This document shows positions 9,917-17,856 of a stretch of 36,000 nucleotides of DNA, piece by piece. The stretch is from a virus (taxonomy: Duplodnaviria > Caudoviricetes), in the IMG/VR virus record IMGVR_UViG_3300020045_010480, positions 1-36,000 of that record, one strand, 5' to 3'. The translations under genes were made by a program, and so were the position numbers. The notes below the pieces were generated by a model. It ran no database searches. It saw only the letters and a list, made by a program, of their open reading frames with translations, and had not been told where the DNA came from. The first letter of the stretch is position 1; every line of letters starts with the position of its first letter.

Positions 9917-10186
9917 TTAAATTTCGTCTACCTTGTAAATTCTAGGATCTTCTTTGTAACACACGTATGCAACAATATCAGCGTTTTTTTCTTCCGCTTC
10001 CGCTTTTCTCACTCCTTTTACTAAGGGTTCGTCAGGTATGCATATAGCAATTGCATTAACTCCTGAATAAAGCTTCTTGTTTCCTTCTTGTAGTAATTTA
10101 ACTTTACCGCAGTTACATTCTCTTAATCCCTCGTTATCATCACATATAAGTGCTGTACTACATTCTATACACATTACCATTCTCAT
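9917..10186 (-). CDS. Zn-ribbon hypothetical protein
   Basis: CIEC...CNCG motif. Confidence 0.6.
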   Translation of the reverse strand: MRMVMCIECSTALICDDNEGLRECNCGKVKLLQEGNKKLYSGVNAIAICIPDEPLVKGVRKAEAEEKNADIVAYVCYKEDPRIYKVDEI

Positions 10187-10197
10187 AGCTGTAAATT

Positions 10198-10422
10198 TTA
10201 TATATTATCAAATCGTTTTGATCTCATCATAAGACGTCTTTCCTGTTCCGTCATTGGCTTCTCCACCCCGTCTTCGCTGAAATAATTAACCTCTTCAGTT
10301 TTAACCTTACCAGCTTCAATTCTCTTGTAATCTTCTAAACCAAAACTCATCTTCTCCAAAGAAGAAAATTCTCTAGGCTTATCACCATTTTCCCACAGTT
10401 GTTCTAAATCTTCCATTAGCAA
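10198..10422 (-). CDS. Hypothetical protein
   Basis: 74-aa ORF in tight minus-strand run. Confidence 0.55.
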   Translation of the reverse strand: MLMEDLEQLWENGDKPREFSSLEKMSFGLEDYKRIEAGKVKTEEVNYFSEDGVEKPMTEQERRLMMRSKRFDNI

Positions 10423-10793
10423 ATTATTTGATTTGGTGTAAAAATTGGATCACCAGTTCTATAATCTGGATTGTATACTGGTGGTTGAATAGGTCTGTAA
10501 GTCCAGCTAGGTTGAGTTGTAAAAGGTAAGTTTGGATTTTTCATCCAATCTGGTGTGATATCAATAGGTATATTATTTACTTCTAAAAATTTTTTGTACC
10601 AATCATCAGCTACTTCTTTTGTCGTTTTCACCTGTTCTGGTTTTACTTCTTTATTTTTATAATCAGGAGTTACCTTTCCAAATACTAAAGCTAAATGATC
10701 TTTGATTATTTGAGTTTGTGTTTCGTTTATACTTTTAGGATCCGCTGTTTCCATGAAACCCTGTAACCAGTATGTAAATTGTTCTGCTGTCAT
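10416..10793 (-). CDS. Phage hypothetical protein (MTAEQFTYWLQGF N-terminus)
   Basis: N-terminal WLQGFxE motif typical of a widespread small phage protein family; Pro-rich tail. Confidence 0.7.
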   Translation of the reverse strand: MTAEQFTYWLQGFMETADPKSINETQTQIIKDHLALVFGKVTPDYKNKEVKPEQVKTTKEVADDWYKKFLEVNNIPIDITPDWMKNPNLPFTTQPSWTYRPIQPPVYNPDYRTGDPIFTPNQIIC

Positions 10794-10794
10794 T

Positions 10795-11055
10795 TTATTT
10801 TTCTTTTAAAACTAATATTTTAGAATACTCTTGTGCTGACATTTTTAAAATTTCCTTTCCGTCTTCACTCTTCAGGATCCAATCAAAAATGTTTAATTTA
10901 AAATCTTCCCCTTCCAACATATATAAACCATCTAAGGATTTTATAGTCATTACTTTTTTACCGGTAAATTTTTCTATTTCTTCTTTACTTAAATTGTAAT
11001 CTAAAAGTAAACCAGTATAATTTTTATCTTCTCTTCTAAACGTTTCTGTTGTCAT
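10795..11055 (-). CDS. Small phage protein, probable paralog of 11057..11311
   Basis: Shared pattern N..EI..FTG...G...D[WY]I.K between the two ORFs. Confidence 0.6.
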   Translation of the reverse strand: MTTETFRREDKNYTGLLLDYNLSKEEIEKFTGKKVMTIKSLDGLYMLEGEDFKLNIFDWILKSEDGKEILKMSAQEYSKILVLKEK

Positions 11056-11056
11056 A

Positions 11057-11311
11057 TTATTCTTTACAATATAGATTTAATTTGTTAGGGTTAAAAATAT
11101 AAAAATTATTATCCATATCTTTCATTATGTAATCTCCTTCTTTACAAGGTGATATTCCATATATAGTTGGTATAGATATAAATTTCCAAATTTTTAATGA
11201 TTTTACTATATCTTCTGCACTCTTATTAATTCCAGTGAATTCTCTTATTTCATCAAAGTTACTACCATCAAACTTTACAGCTTTTAGTGTAGTTATGAAA
11301 TCTTGTACCAT
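11057..11311 (-). CDS. Small phage protein (AVKFDGSN...GDYIMKD type)
   Basis: Recognisable small phage protein pattern; tight operon spacing. Confidence 0.65.
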   Translation of the reverse strand: MVQDFITTLKAVKFDGSNFDEIREFTGINKSAEDIVKSLKIWKFISIPTIYGISPCKEGDYIMKDMDNNFYIFNPNKLNLYCKE

Positions 11312-11312
11312 A

Positions 11313-11501
11313 TTATTCGTATTTATATTTTATTCTTAATTTTAACCACCATATTCTAAGAGATAATATTTTAAGTTGTACATCTCTTTCAAAGAATCGT
11401 TTAATATCTCTTCTTTTATTCTCAATAAATCCTGGAAGACAATAAGTTATTTCTCCTTCTTCCCAGCACCCACCAAATATTTGACAATATAATTTTCTCA
11501 T
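11313..11501 (-). CDS. Hypothetical protein
   Basis: 62-aa ORF, ATGA overlap with upstream gene. Confidence 0.5.
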   Translation of the reverse strand: MRKLYCQIFGGCWEEGEITYCLPGFIENKRRDIKRFFERDVQLKILSLRIWWLKLRIKYKYE

Positions 11502-12022
11502 TTACTTTCTATCTTACTTAATATCTCTACTTTCTCTATATAGTTTGTTTTCTCATGTAAATATGAAAATATATTATTCCCTTGTGGTAATTTTTCATCT
11601 TTAAATTTATCCATTGACTTCAGGATAAAATATAATTTATTTAAGAAACTAAATTTTAAATGTTCAAACATTAAACTATTATAAATAGCGTTTAAATATC
11701 TTCCAAAGCAGTACATCTTCTCGTGCAGCTTTAACTCTGTCTTTTCCTCCTCTAGTTCTATATCGTTCCAAATATTTTCTAAGTCAGTATTTTTTCTATT
11801 TGGGTCATAATCACTAGTATCATAAGGTACAGATTCTAAATCACCACTATCTTTTATACGAACAAAATCTATATCTTTGATTTCTAATAATTGATACTTT
11901 CTACAAAATACAAATACTTCTTTCTTTTCGTCGTAGAATATTTTAGAGCTAGTTTCTTCTTCTAACTTCTTCATACGACTCGGTGTTACATTGCAACCCA
12001 ATAATCTTATTTTTCTTTCCAT
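11498..12022 (-). CDS. Hypothetical protein, first gene of the leftward transcription unit
   Basis: 174-aa ORF with TATCTTTA element upstream at 12040-12047. Confidence 0.65.
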   Translation of the reverse strand: MERKIRLLGCNVTPSRMKKLEEETSSKIFYDEKKEVFVFCRKYQLLEIKDIDFVRIKDSGDLESVPYDTSDYDPNRKNTDLENIWNDIELEEEKTELKLHEKMYCFGRYLNAIYNSLMFEHLKFSFLNKLYFILKSMDKFKDEKLPQGNNIFSYLHEKTNYIEKVEILSKIESK

Positions 12023-12039
12023 ATTATTCTTATAATACT

Positions 12040-12047
12040 TAAAGATA
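12040..12047 (-). promoter_or_regulatory. Bacteroidota-type -7 promoter element (TAnnTTTG-like); similar elements at 5527-5534, 9109-9116, 9875-9882, 15240-15247, 27640-27647
   Basis: Minus-strand TATCTTTA, TATTTTTA, TATATTTA, TATTTTTA, TATATTTG and TATCTTTC at gene or operon starts. Confidence 0.55.
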
Positions 12048-12309
12048 TAATAAAAAATTTAAAAATTTTAGTACTATACTCTCTGACTATATACATGTAT
12101 CTTTTATAAAATACCCCCGGCCCCTTTTGTTTTGTATGATGAGATAAAATGGTAGGTTGTAAAAATTTTAAAATTTTAAAAAAAAAATTTTTTTATATTT
12201 TCAGACGTAGCCTCGTCCTCTCCCCTCCCTAGCCTGTTTTTGCTGGGGTTCTGGTTCGTCGCTATGGCGAGGGATCTCAGGGTATTATCATAAAATAAAA
12301 CATAAAAAC

Positions 12310-12789
12310 ATGTCTAAAACTGTAAAAATTGCGAAATCAACTTTAATGGATGAAATCGCTATTCCGTCTTTGAAAAATGCTCCTGTAGCAAAAGGTCAAA
12401 CTATCGTAACTGGTGACACACAACCTGGTTTCGAAATTACTCGTGGTTCTCGCAAGATTACTACTACAAACATTTTGTGTGAGGTTAACGGTGGCTTCGT
12501 TGCTATTCCTTTAGCTGAGTTGAACAAAATGCAAACTGCTGATGGCAAGTCTGTATTGAACAAAGATAACGACGAAATCTCTATTCCTGCAACTTTAAAA
12601 GTTGTTGAGTCTAAAGATCGTATGTTAAATGGCGCTCCTGTATACGCAGCACGTTCTTACAAAGGATATGCTGAATACTTGAAAGCTGTTCAAGGTGGTT
12701 TCACTATTGAAGCATACAACGAGTTGTTAAAAACAGGTGTTCTTGAAGGTGCTAAACCAGTTCAAGACTACGTTGTTGAATTAAGCTAA
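12310..12789 (+). CDS. Hypothetical protein, probably highly expressed; first gene of the rightward arm
   Basis: 159 aa; frequent AAC/ATC/TTC/TAC/CGT codons unlike neighbours; own strong terminator. Confidence 0.85.
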   Translation: MSKTVKIAKSTLMDEIAIPSLKNAPVAKGQTIVTGDTQPGFEITRGSRKITTTNILCEVNGGFVAIPLAELNKMQTADGKSVLNKDNDEISIPATLKVVESKDRMLNGAPVYAARSYKGYAEYLKAVQGGFTIEAYNELLKTGVLEGAKPVQDYVVELS

Positions 12790-12795
12790 ATTGGT

Positions 12796-12825
12796 GGGAG
12801 GCTTCGGCTTCCCCCTTTTTTTTTT
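12796..12825 (+). terminator. Intrinsic terminator
   Basis: GGGAGGC-TTCG-GCTTCCC hairpin followed by a 10-T tract. Confidence 0.9.
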
Positions 12826-12828
12826 GTT

Positions 12829-12937
12829 GCCTCGTCCAGTCAGGCCTTAACAAGTCTGTTGGAACAACTTTGCTAGCAATAGCAAATGCCTCTTTGCAAT
12901 TCTGGTGTGTAAGTGTTCAAATCACTCTCTGAGGCCA
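12829..12937 (+). ncRNA. tRNA-like RNA with expanded multi-hairpin middle
   Basis: Terminal stem GCCTCG/TGAGGC followed by CA; T-arm AGTG-TTCAAAT-CACT; internal hairpins CAGGC/GTCTG and TTTGCTA-GCAA-TAGCAAA. Confidence 0.5.
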
Positions 12938-13120
12938 AACCAATTTAAAATTAAACATCATGAACCAAGCAACTTCAAACTCTATTACAATCAATCATTT
13001 CGGAGTAATAACTTCTTTAGATATGATTCGTAACGCGAACGCCTAAAACATAATGATGATGCTACCTATCTCTTGAGTCTTAACAACCAGGATGACGTGG
13101 CATCATTGTTTACCTTCTTT

Positions 13121-13429
13121 ATGTCAGACAAAAAGAAAAAGACTCCTCAGACCGCTTATAGCGCTTCGAGAGAGTGGGAGTCATTGCAACCTCAACGCGA
13201 TGAAGTTAAAGCTGAGATTAACCGTAACTCAGTAAGACCTTCGAAACTAGCAGAATTAAGATATGGCCGAAAAACCATTGCTAGAGAGAAATTAGAATAC
13301 AACAAACAAGATAAAGGAAATTTAAAATTCGTCACAGCACGAGTTGAAATGTTCTCTTTATTAAATCCATTGTTTGAAGCCAAGACAGCAAGTTTTAACT
13401 TTGCTAAGCTTACTAGCTTCAGATTATAA
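13121..13429 (+). CDS. Basic hypothetical protein (ATG 13121 preferred to the track start 13073)
   Basis: 102 aa from MSDKKKK; followed by terminator. Confidence 0.65.
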   Translation: MSDKKKKTPQTAYSASREWESLQPQRDEVKAEINRNSVRPSKLAELRYGRKTIAREKLEYNKQDKGNLKFVTARVEMFSLLNPLFEAKTASFNFAKLTSFRL

Positions 13430-13436
13430 AACAGAA

Positions 13437-13492
13437 ACCCCTTTAGTTATTATTTGATTTATTCATTATATTATACTAAAGGGGCTTTTTTC
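13437..13492 (+). terminator. Probable intrinsic terminator
   Basis: CCCCTTTAGT...ACTAAAGGGG inverted repeat followed by CTTTTTT. Confidence 0.65.
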
Positions 13493-13524
13493 TTCTTCAA
13501 ATCACAACCTACTACTATGAACCA

Positions 13525-14410
13525 ATAATGGAACGAGCTATCATAGCAAGTTCAAACGGAGCCTAATCTTGTATGCTCCTTAAATATTCAGTGCTCGTCA
13601 TAAGACATTTAAAATAATTGATCGCTGTTCTACTGCTTTGGCACCTAGTAAGAGGAATTATATTCCAAACGAAGCGAATGAGAAGTTGATATTAAAAAGA
13701 ATAGTAGTGATAGATCATAGCGGTCTATCCTACTTTACGACATTGAAGGTAGATAAAAGTGAGATAAACAAAGCTCGTCTCAGCCTTCACCAACTGGCTA
13801 AGTCCCGTGTTGCTTCAAGTAAAGCCTCAAACATTTAAGAATAAAGTCCATAACAAGTAGGTAAGTTACGCTACTACATTTGTCTGATAAGCGGTGCCAG
13901 TGTATAATTGGTTGAAGACTATGGCATTTTATTTTAAATATTGGCGGTATAAATTCCGTTAATAAGTGGTGTACGGCAAACAGGTTAACACCTTATCCGT
14001 GACAATAGTTCTTGGCTTGCACCAGGTTATATGGACTATAAGGTACGTTGTGAATGCTTTTCTGCTACTCACAAGCCATGTACTGCTAATGATGTTCGGG
14101 CTGACCATTAGATTATTAAACTGATAAGCTATTTTAAGCTCTAGTAAAACAGTTTGTGTCATTCTTAAAAATGATATGTGATAAGACCAATAGTGTCATC
14201 ACGAAGGTATAAATAAGATAGCGCAAGTCTTCTATACCTTTGAAAAAGAAATTTAAGATAGTGTTTTGATTTTAGTTTTAAAATACTTTTTGTGCACAAG
14301 AGAGCCTCTTCGTATCGGAGGAGCTTTTAAAGAAATTTTAACAAATGGAGATAACCTATGAAAAATAGGAGCTTGAAAGAGTAATAGTATGCTCAGGTAG
14401 CCTTTGTAAT
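13525..14410. ncRNA. Candidate large structured non-coding RNA or RNA cluster (about 900 nt)
   Basis: No convincing ORF, higher GC than flanks, more than a dozen consecutive hairpins and two long-range complementarities. Confidence 0.5.
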
Positions 14411-14436
14411 CGAATTAACAAACAATAAACCAAACC

Positions 14437-14535
14437 ATGGAAACAGCAGAACGTAAAAAAGATCAAAAACTACTAACAAGATTATTATTCTTTGGCTTAG
14501 CTGCTATTGCAATTTTATCTGTAGTTTTATCTTAA
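14437..14535 (+). CDS. 32-aa single-TM microprotein (METAERKKDQKLLTRLLFFGLAAIAILSVVLS)
   Basis: Manual translation; A/C-rich leader typical of genes in this arm. Confidence 0.55.
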   Translation: METAERKKDQKLLTRLLFFGLAAIAILSVVLS

Positions 14536-14552
14536 AGATCCACGTGGAATTC

Positions 14553-14720
14553 AAGCCTTTATGTCCAAAGTTGACTCGCGTAAGCGAAGATGAAGTGTGA
14601 TGTATTGTGAGTATAGCCTCCCGGATTAATTGTAACAACCGTATGATGTGTGGGGAGATCCTACAATGATAACTAAATGCATTCTACGAAAAAGCGCTGT
14701 TCTTCATGAAACAAAGGTTG
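14553..14720. ncRNA. Candidate rod-like structured RNA (about 170 nt)
   Basis: Nested pairings AGCCTTT/AAAGGTT, ATGAAG/CTTCAT, ATGTATT/AATGCAT, CTCCC/GGGAG and a TCGC-GTAA-GCGA hairpin. Confidence 0.4.
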
Positions 14721-14726
14721 TTACTT

Positions 14727-15236
14727 TTATAAGCCTTCAAGATCAGTCTTACCATGAGCTAGTAATAGTTCCATAATAGATTGTCCTTCTTTAACAACAA
14801 TATTAAAATTATTTGTAACGTTCTGAGTTAATGATTCAGCTTTACGAATAAGATCTTTAGATGCTTCAGGTGTTCTACCTCCAGAAATATGAGATGGATT
14901 TAACATATAAAGTCCTCGTTTAACTTTAATAAGTTCTTTTATACTAACCAAATCTCTTATACAATTTTCAACTGTATCGCGACCTAAATTATATTCTTTA
15001 CCTATAGTAATTATATTTTCTGTAGTAATAATATTTTGATCAGATCCTGAAGAAATTAGTGTACTATAAAATGCAACATACCTACTAAATAAAGTTGTAG
15101 CATTTTCTATTTTATATCTAGTAGCTTTTTTAACCCAAGGAAATAAAGGGTCAGGAGTTCGCTTCTCATCTTGTTCTACTATTGTAGTTATATTTCCAAT
15201 CTTGCTTACTTTAGCATTTTTCTTATTAATGTCCAT
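14727..15236 (-). CDS. RepL-like winged-helix DNA-binding protein (ATG 15236)
   Basis: HTH and wing IGKEYNLGRDTVENCIRDLV..LIKVKRGLYMLNP resemble the plasmid/phage RepL family; lone minus-strand gene. Confidence 0.7.
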   Translation of the reverse strand: MDINKKNAKVSKIGNITTIVEQDEKRTPDPLFPWVKKATRYKIENATTLFSRYVAFYSTLISSGSDQNIITTENIITIGKEYNLGRDTVENCIRDLVSIKELIKVKRGLYMLNPSHISGGRTPEASKDLIRKAESLTQNVTNNFNIVVKEGQSIMELLLAHGKTDLEGL

Positions 15237-15255
15237 ATTCAAATATAGATAAAAA

Positions 15256-15326
15256 CCCTGGAACTTACAGGTTATTTTAAATAGAAACCCTGGAAATAAC
15301 CGGGAAGAACCCCTAAAATTTCAGGG
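15256..15326. promoter_or_regulatory. Three 17-bp imperfect palindromes CCCTG-N7-CAGGG, candidate operator or iteron sites
   Basis: CCCTGGAACTTACAGGT (15256-15272), CCCTGGAAATAACCGGG (15288-15304), CCCCTAAAATTTCAGGG (15310-15326). Confidence 0.65.
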
Positions 15327-15542
15327 ATGCGACTCAATGGTAGCATGGAAAGTTGAATCTAAAGAAATAATTTTAGGTTTGATTCGAAGTTTGAAACTGT
15401 TCTACACTGTCCACTACTCACCCGATATTAAAAAACATATAAATTCTCCTCGTAGAAAATAAAAAACTTTCCCCAAAATAACTCACTTAAAAATATAATC
15501 TCTCATTAACAAAATTTTATTAATCCTTAAAAACTTAAAAAT

Positions 15543-15737
15543 ATGACATTATTTCAAATCATTTTAATATTATCCTATTTATTTATTTGTCTAGGATTTA
15601 GTATAAACGCTATTCAACTTTATTTATTAACATCTGAAAACAGTACATTTATAAAAATAAATACATCTTTTTGGATATTAATTTTCTCTCCATTTGCTAT
15701 ATTAATAAAATTAGGTGGATATATATTTAATCTTTAA
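15543..15737 (+). CDS. Small two-TM membrane protein
   Basis: Two hydrophobic segments. Confidence 0.6.
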   Translation: MTLFQIILILSYLFICLGFSINAIQLYLLTSENSTFIKINTSFWILIFSPFAILIKLGGYIFNL

Positions 15738-15739
15738 TT

Positions 15740-16054
15740 ATGATAAATAGTTTTGTACCTGAAGTAGAAAAAATTAGTGGATTTAATCTTGTATTAAAAT
15801 CTATTAAATCTGTATTGAATAGTGAACATCCTAATTATGAGATAGAACCTAAAATAGTAACTTTAAAAGGTATATCTAAATATGGTAAGGATAGCGTTAA
15901 TAACTTTAAAGGTAATTGGAGTATAATTGGGATGTCTCAAAGAGTAGCATTTTCATCTGATAATGGACCTTGGATTTTAATAGAATCTGAGAATAAAAGA
16001 GAAGCTATTTGGACTAAAGTTAAAAATAACATTGATTTTAATATAACATTATGA
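15740..16054 (+). CDS. Hypothetical protein
   Basis: 104-aa ORF in tight operon. Confidence 0.65.
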   Translation: MINSFVPEVEKISGFNLVLKSIKSVLNSEHPNYEIEPKIVTLKGISKYGKDSVNNFKGNWSIIGMSQRVAFSSDNGPWILIESENKREAIWTKVKNNIDFNITL

Positions 16055-16359
16055 GCAAAATAAAAATACTCTTTGATGATGGTTCTATGCCATTTATCTT
16101 AGAAGCATTAGGTTATTCTATAGACAATGAAGGTTTTGTAATTTATGATAAATTAACTCCATGTAAAGGTCTAAGAGCAAAAGATAGTAGTCGTAAAGAA
16201 TTTAAAGCCACTGATATTAAAGGATTAATAAAAGGTGAATTTATAACAACTGATGAACAACTTAGTAACATTGATCTTTCTGATTGGGAAGATATGAGTG
16301 AAGACGAAGTTGGGAAGGAAGGGATTGCGCATTACAGAGAAAAATTTAAATTAGATTAA
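16051..16359 (+). CDS. Hypothetical protein
   Basis: 102 aa, ATGA overlap. Confidence 0.65.
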   Translation: MSKIKILFDDGSMPFILEALGYSIDNEGFVIYDKLTPCKGLRAKDSSRKEFKATDIKGLIKGEFITTDEQLSNIDLSDWEDMSEDEVGKEGIAHYREKFKLD

Positions 16360-16360
16360 T

Positions 16361-16738
16361 ATGTGTCTTATAATAGAAAAATCTTTTTACAGCATGAAAG
16401 AGTTGCATGAATTTGCTTCTAAACCACTTATTGCTAAAAAGGATATAAAAGTTTATAAAGTTCTTGGTACAAATAATATTTCTCCTTATAGGAAGATGTT
16501 ATATGAAAAAAATTTCGAATACACTGAACATCAACCTTTCACATATTATTGTTCTGATGAACTAGGGGCTCATGCTCTCTATTTAAGACAAGGCTTATAT
16601 AGCTTTACAAGAAAAAGTACAGCTAAAAATTCTTTAAGATTCGATAGAAAAATAGTTGAAATGATTATACCTAAAGGTGCACAATACTTTAAAGGTGTAG
16701 GTAGTACAATAGTTTCAAACAAATTAATTTGGTATTAA
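16361..16738 (+). CDS. Bacteroidota-phage-type hypothetical protein (MCL...IAKKDIKVYK...IIPKGAQY)
   Basis: Recognisable motif pattern, function unknown. Confidence 0.7.
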   Translation: MCLIIEKSFYSMKELHEFASKPLIAKKDIKVYKVLGTNNISPYRKMLYEKNFEYTEHQPFTYYCSDELGAHALYLRQGLYSFTRKSTAKNSLRFDRKIVEMIIPKGAQYFKGVGSTIVSNKLIWY

Positions 16739-16757
16739 CATTTAAAATTAAAAAATT

Positions 16758-17048
16758 ATGGCATTAACAATTTCATTAATAATTATATCATTACTACTTT
16801 TTGCTGTTTTTTTATTAAGCTACTTAGGTGATAATGATGGAGAATCAACTGGTGGTATATTTTTACTACTATTAGTGGTTATTTTAGTTACAGGTGTTAC
16901 TTATACAGAAAAACCACAAAAAGATTACCAAATTGACATTATAGAATCTAATAAAAAAGATTTTGCTGTAGTTTACGATGGAGAAAAAATAATCGGAACA
17001 GTCAATATTAGTAACACTAAATTAGATAGTTTAATTAGAAAAAATTAA
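16758..17048 (+). CDS. Two-TM membrane protein
   Basis: Two N-terminal hydrophobic helices; TTAAAATTAAA leader. Confidence 0.65.
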   Translation: MALTISLIIISLLLFAVFLLSYLGDNDGESTGGIFLLLLVVILVTGVTYTEKPQKDYQIDIIESNKKDFAVVYDGEKIIGTVNISNTKLDSLIRKN

Positions 17049-17049
17049 A

Positions 17050-17437
17050 ATGATAGCATCAATAATTACTGGTGTGCTTTTAATAGTATTATTAAGCATA
17101 CACGTTTGGCATGACAATAAGTCCAAAAAAGAAAAGAAAGATAACAACGTTAACGATGTTCACTATTAAAAACAAATAACATGGCAGACAACAATCAACT
17201 CCGTACAGTTATCTCTAAATCATCTAAAAGAAAGATGACAAACAAAGATAACAAAAAAGCAAATGACTACACACAAATGGTAGTTACTAAAACACCTATT
17301 GGAAAAGGTAAGTTTTCCAGCAAAACAACTCACGAAAAAAGATCTAAGGACTAATGAGTAAAAATTCAACAAAACAACATGCTGAGGCTTGTACTGATTG
17401 GTTACAACAAATTAAAGATGGTAAGTCACCTAAATAA
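17050..17437 (+). CDS. Three consecutive microproteins not in the track (17050-17169, 17181-17354, 17354-17437)
   Basis: Manual translation: 39-aa TM peptide, 57-aa basic MADNNQLR..., 27-aa MSKNSTKQ...; TAATG overlaps. Confidence 0.55.
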
Positions 17438-17757
17438 TGGAAACAACCAATACTAATAAAGTTACTAAAACTGATTTAGCTAAAGCTGTTAATGATGCTG
17501 TAGAAAAATACAATGCCTTAACTGAAGCTTTAAATATTGTAAAGTCAGAAGCTACTTCAGTAAAAAGATTAAAGAAAGCTGGTATTGTTATTAGTGGTAG
17601 TACACAAGCTACTATTGATAATTTACATGCTGAAAGAAGCAAAGCGATCGATGAGTACGAAGAAAGAGCTAAAGAATTTGAGGAATTTTTATTAAAAAAT
17701 CCTAGCAAAATGTCTCTTAAAATTGTATTTATGGGTGGACCGAAAGGTCAAGCTTAA
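17437..17757 (+). CDS. Coiled-coil hypothetical protein
   Basis: 106 aa, helical heptad pattern. Confidence 0.7.
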   Translation: METTNTNKVTKTDLAKAVNDAVEKYNALTEALNIVKSEATSVKRLKKAGIVISGSTQATIDNLHAERSKAIDEYEERAKEFEEFLLKNPSKMSLKIVFMGGPKGQA

Positions 17758-17764
17758 AATATTT

Positions 17765-17848
17765 AAAGTCTGTGGGGAAACATTGGTTCGAAACCAATAC
17801 TGTCCTTCGGGGCAGTTCGTCTAGGGGTTCAGGACGCCTCGCGCTTTT
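17765..17848 (+). ncRNA. Circularly permuted tRNA-like RNA (YrlA/Y-RNA-type topology)
   Basis: Order: TGGGG, AAAC, T-arm ATTGG-TTCGAAA-CCAAT, acceptor ACTGTCC-TTCG-GGGCAGT, TC, D-arm GTCT..GGAC, G, CCTCG. Confidence 0.8.
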
Positions 17849-17856
17849 TAATTTAC

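Noticed and set aside
13830-13925. Group I intron or RNase P call from AAGAATAAAGTCC and GAAGACTA
   Set aside because: The P7-like strands are in the wrong order, no interrupted host gene is visible and the RNase P GAGGAAAGUCC core is absent.
13638-14162. ORFs 13638..13838 (+) and 13959..14162 (-)
   Set aside because: Short, lack the A-rich leader typical of this genome and lie in the hairpin-dense region; 13638 starts with TTG.
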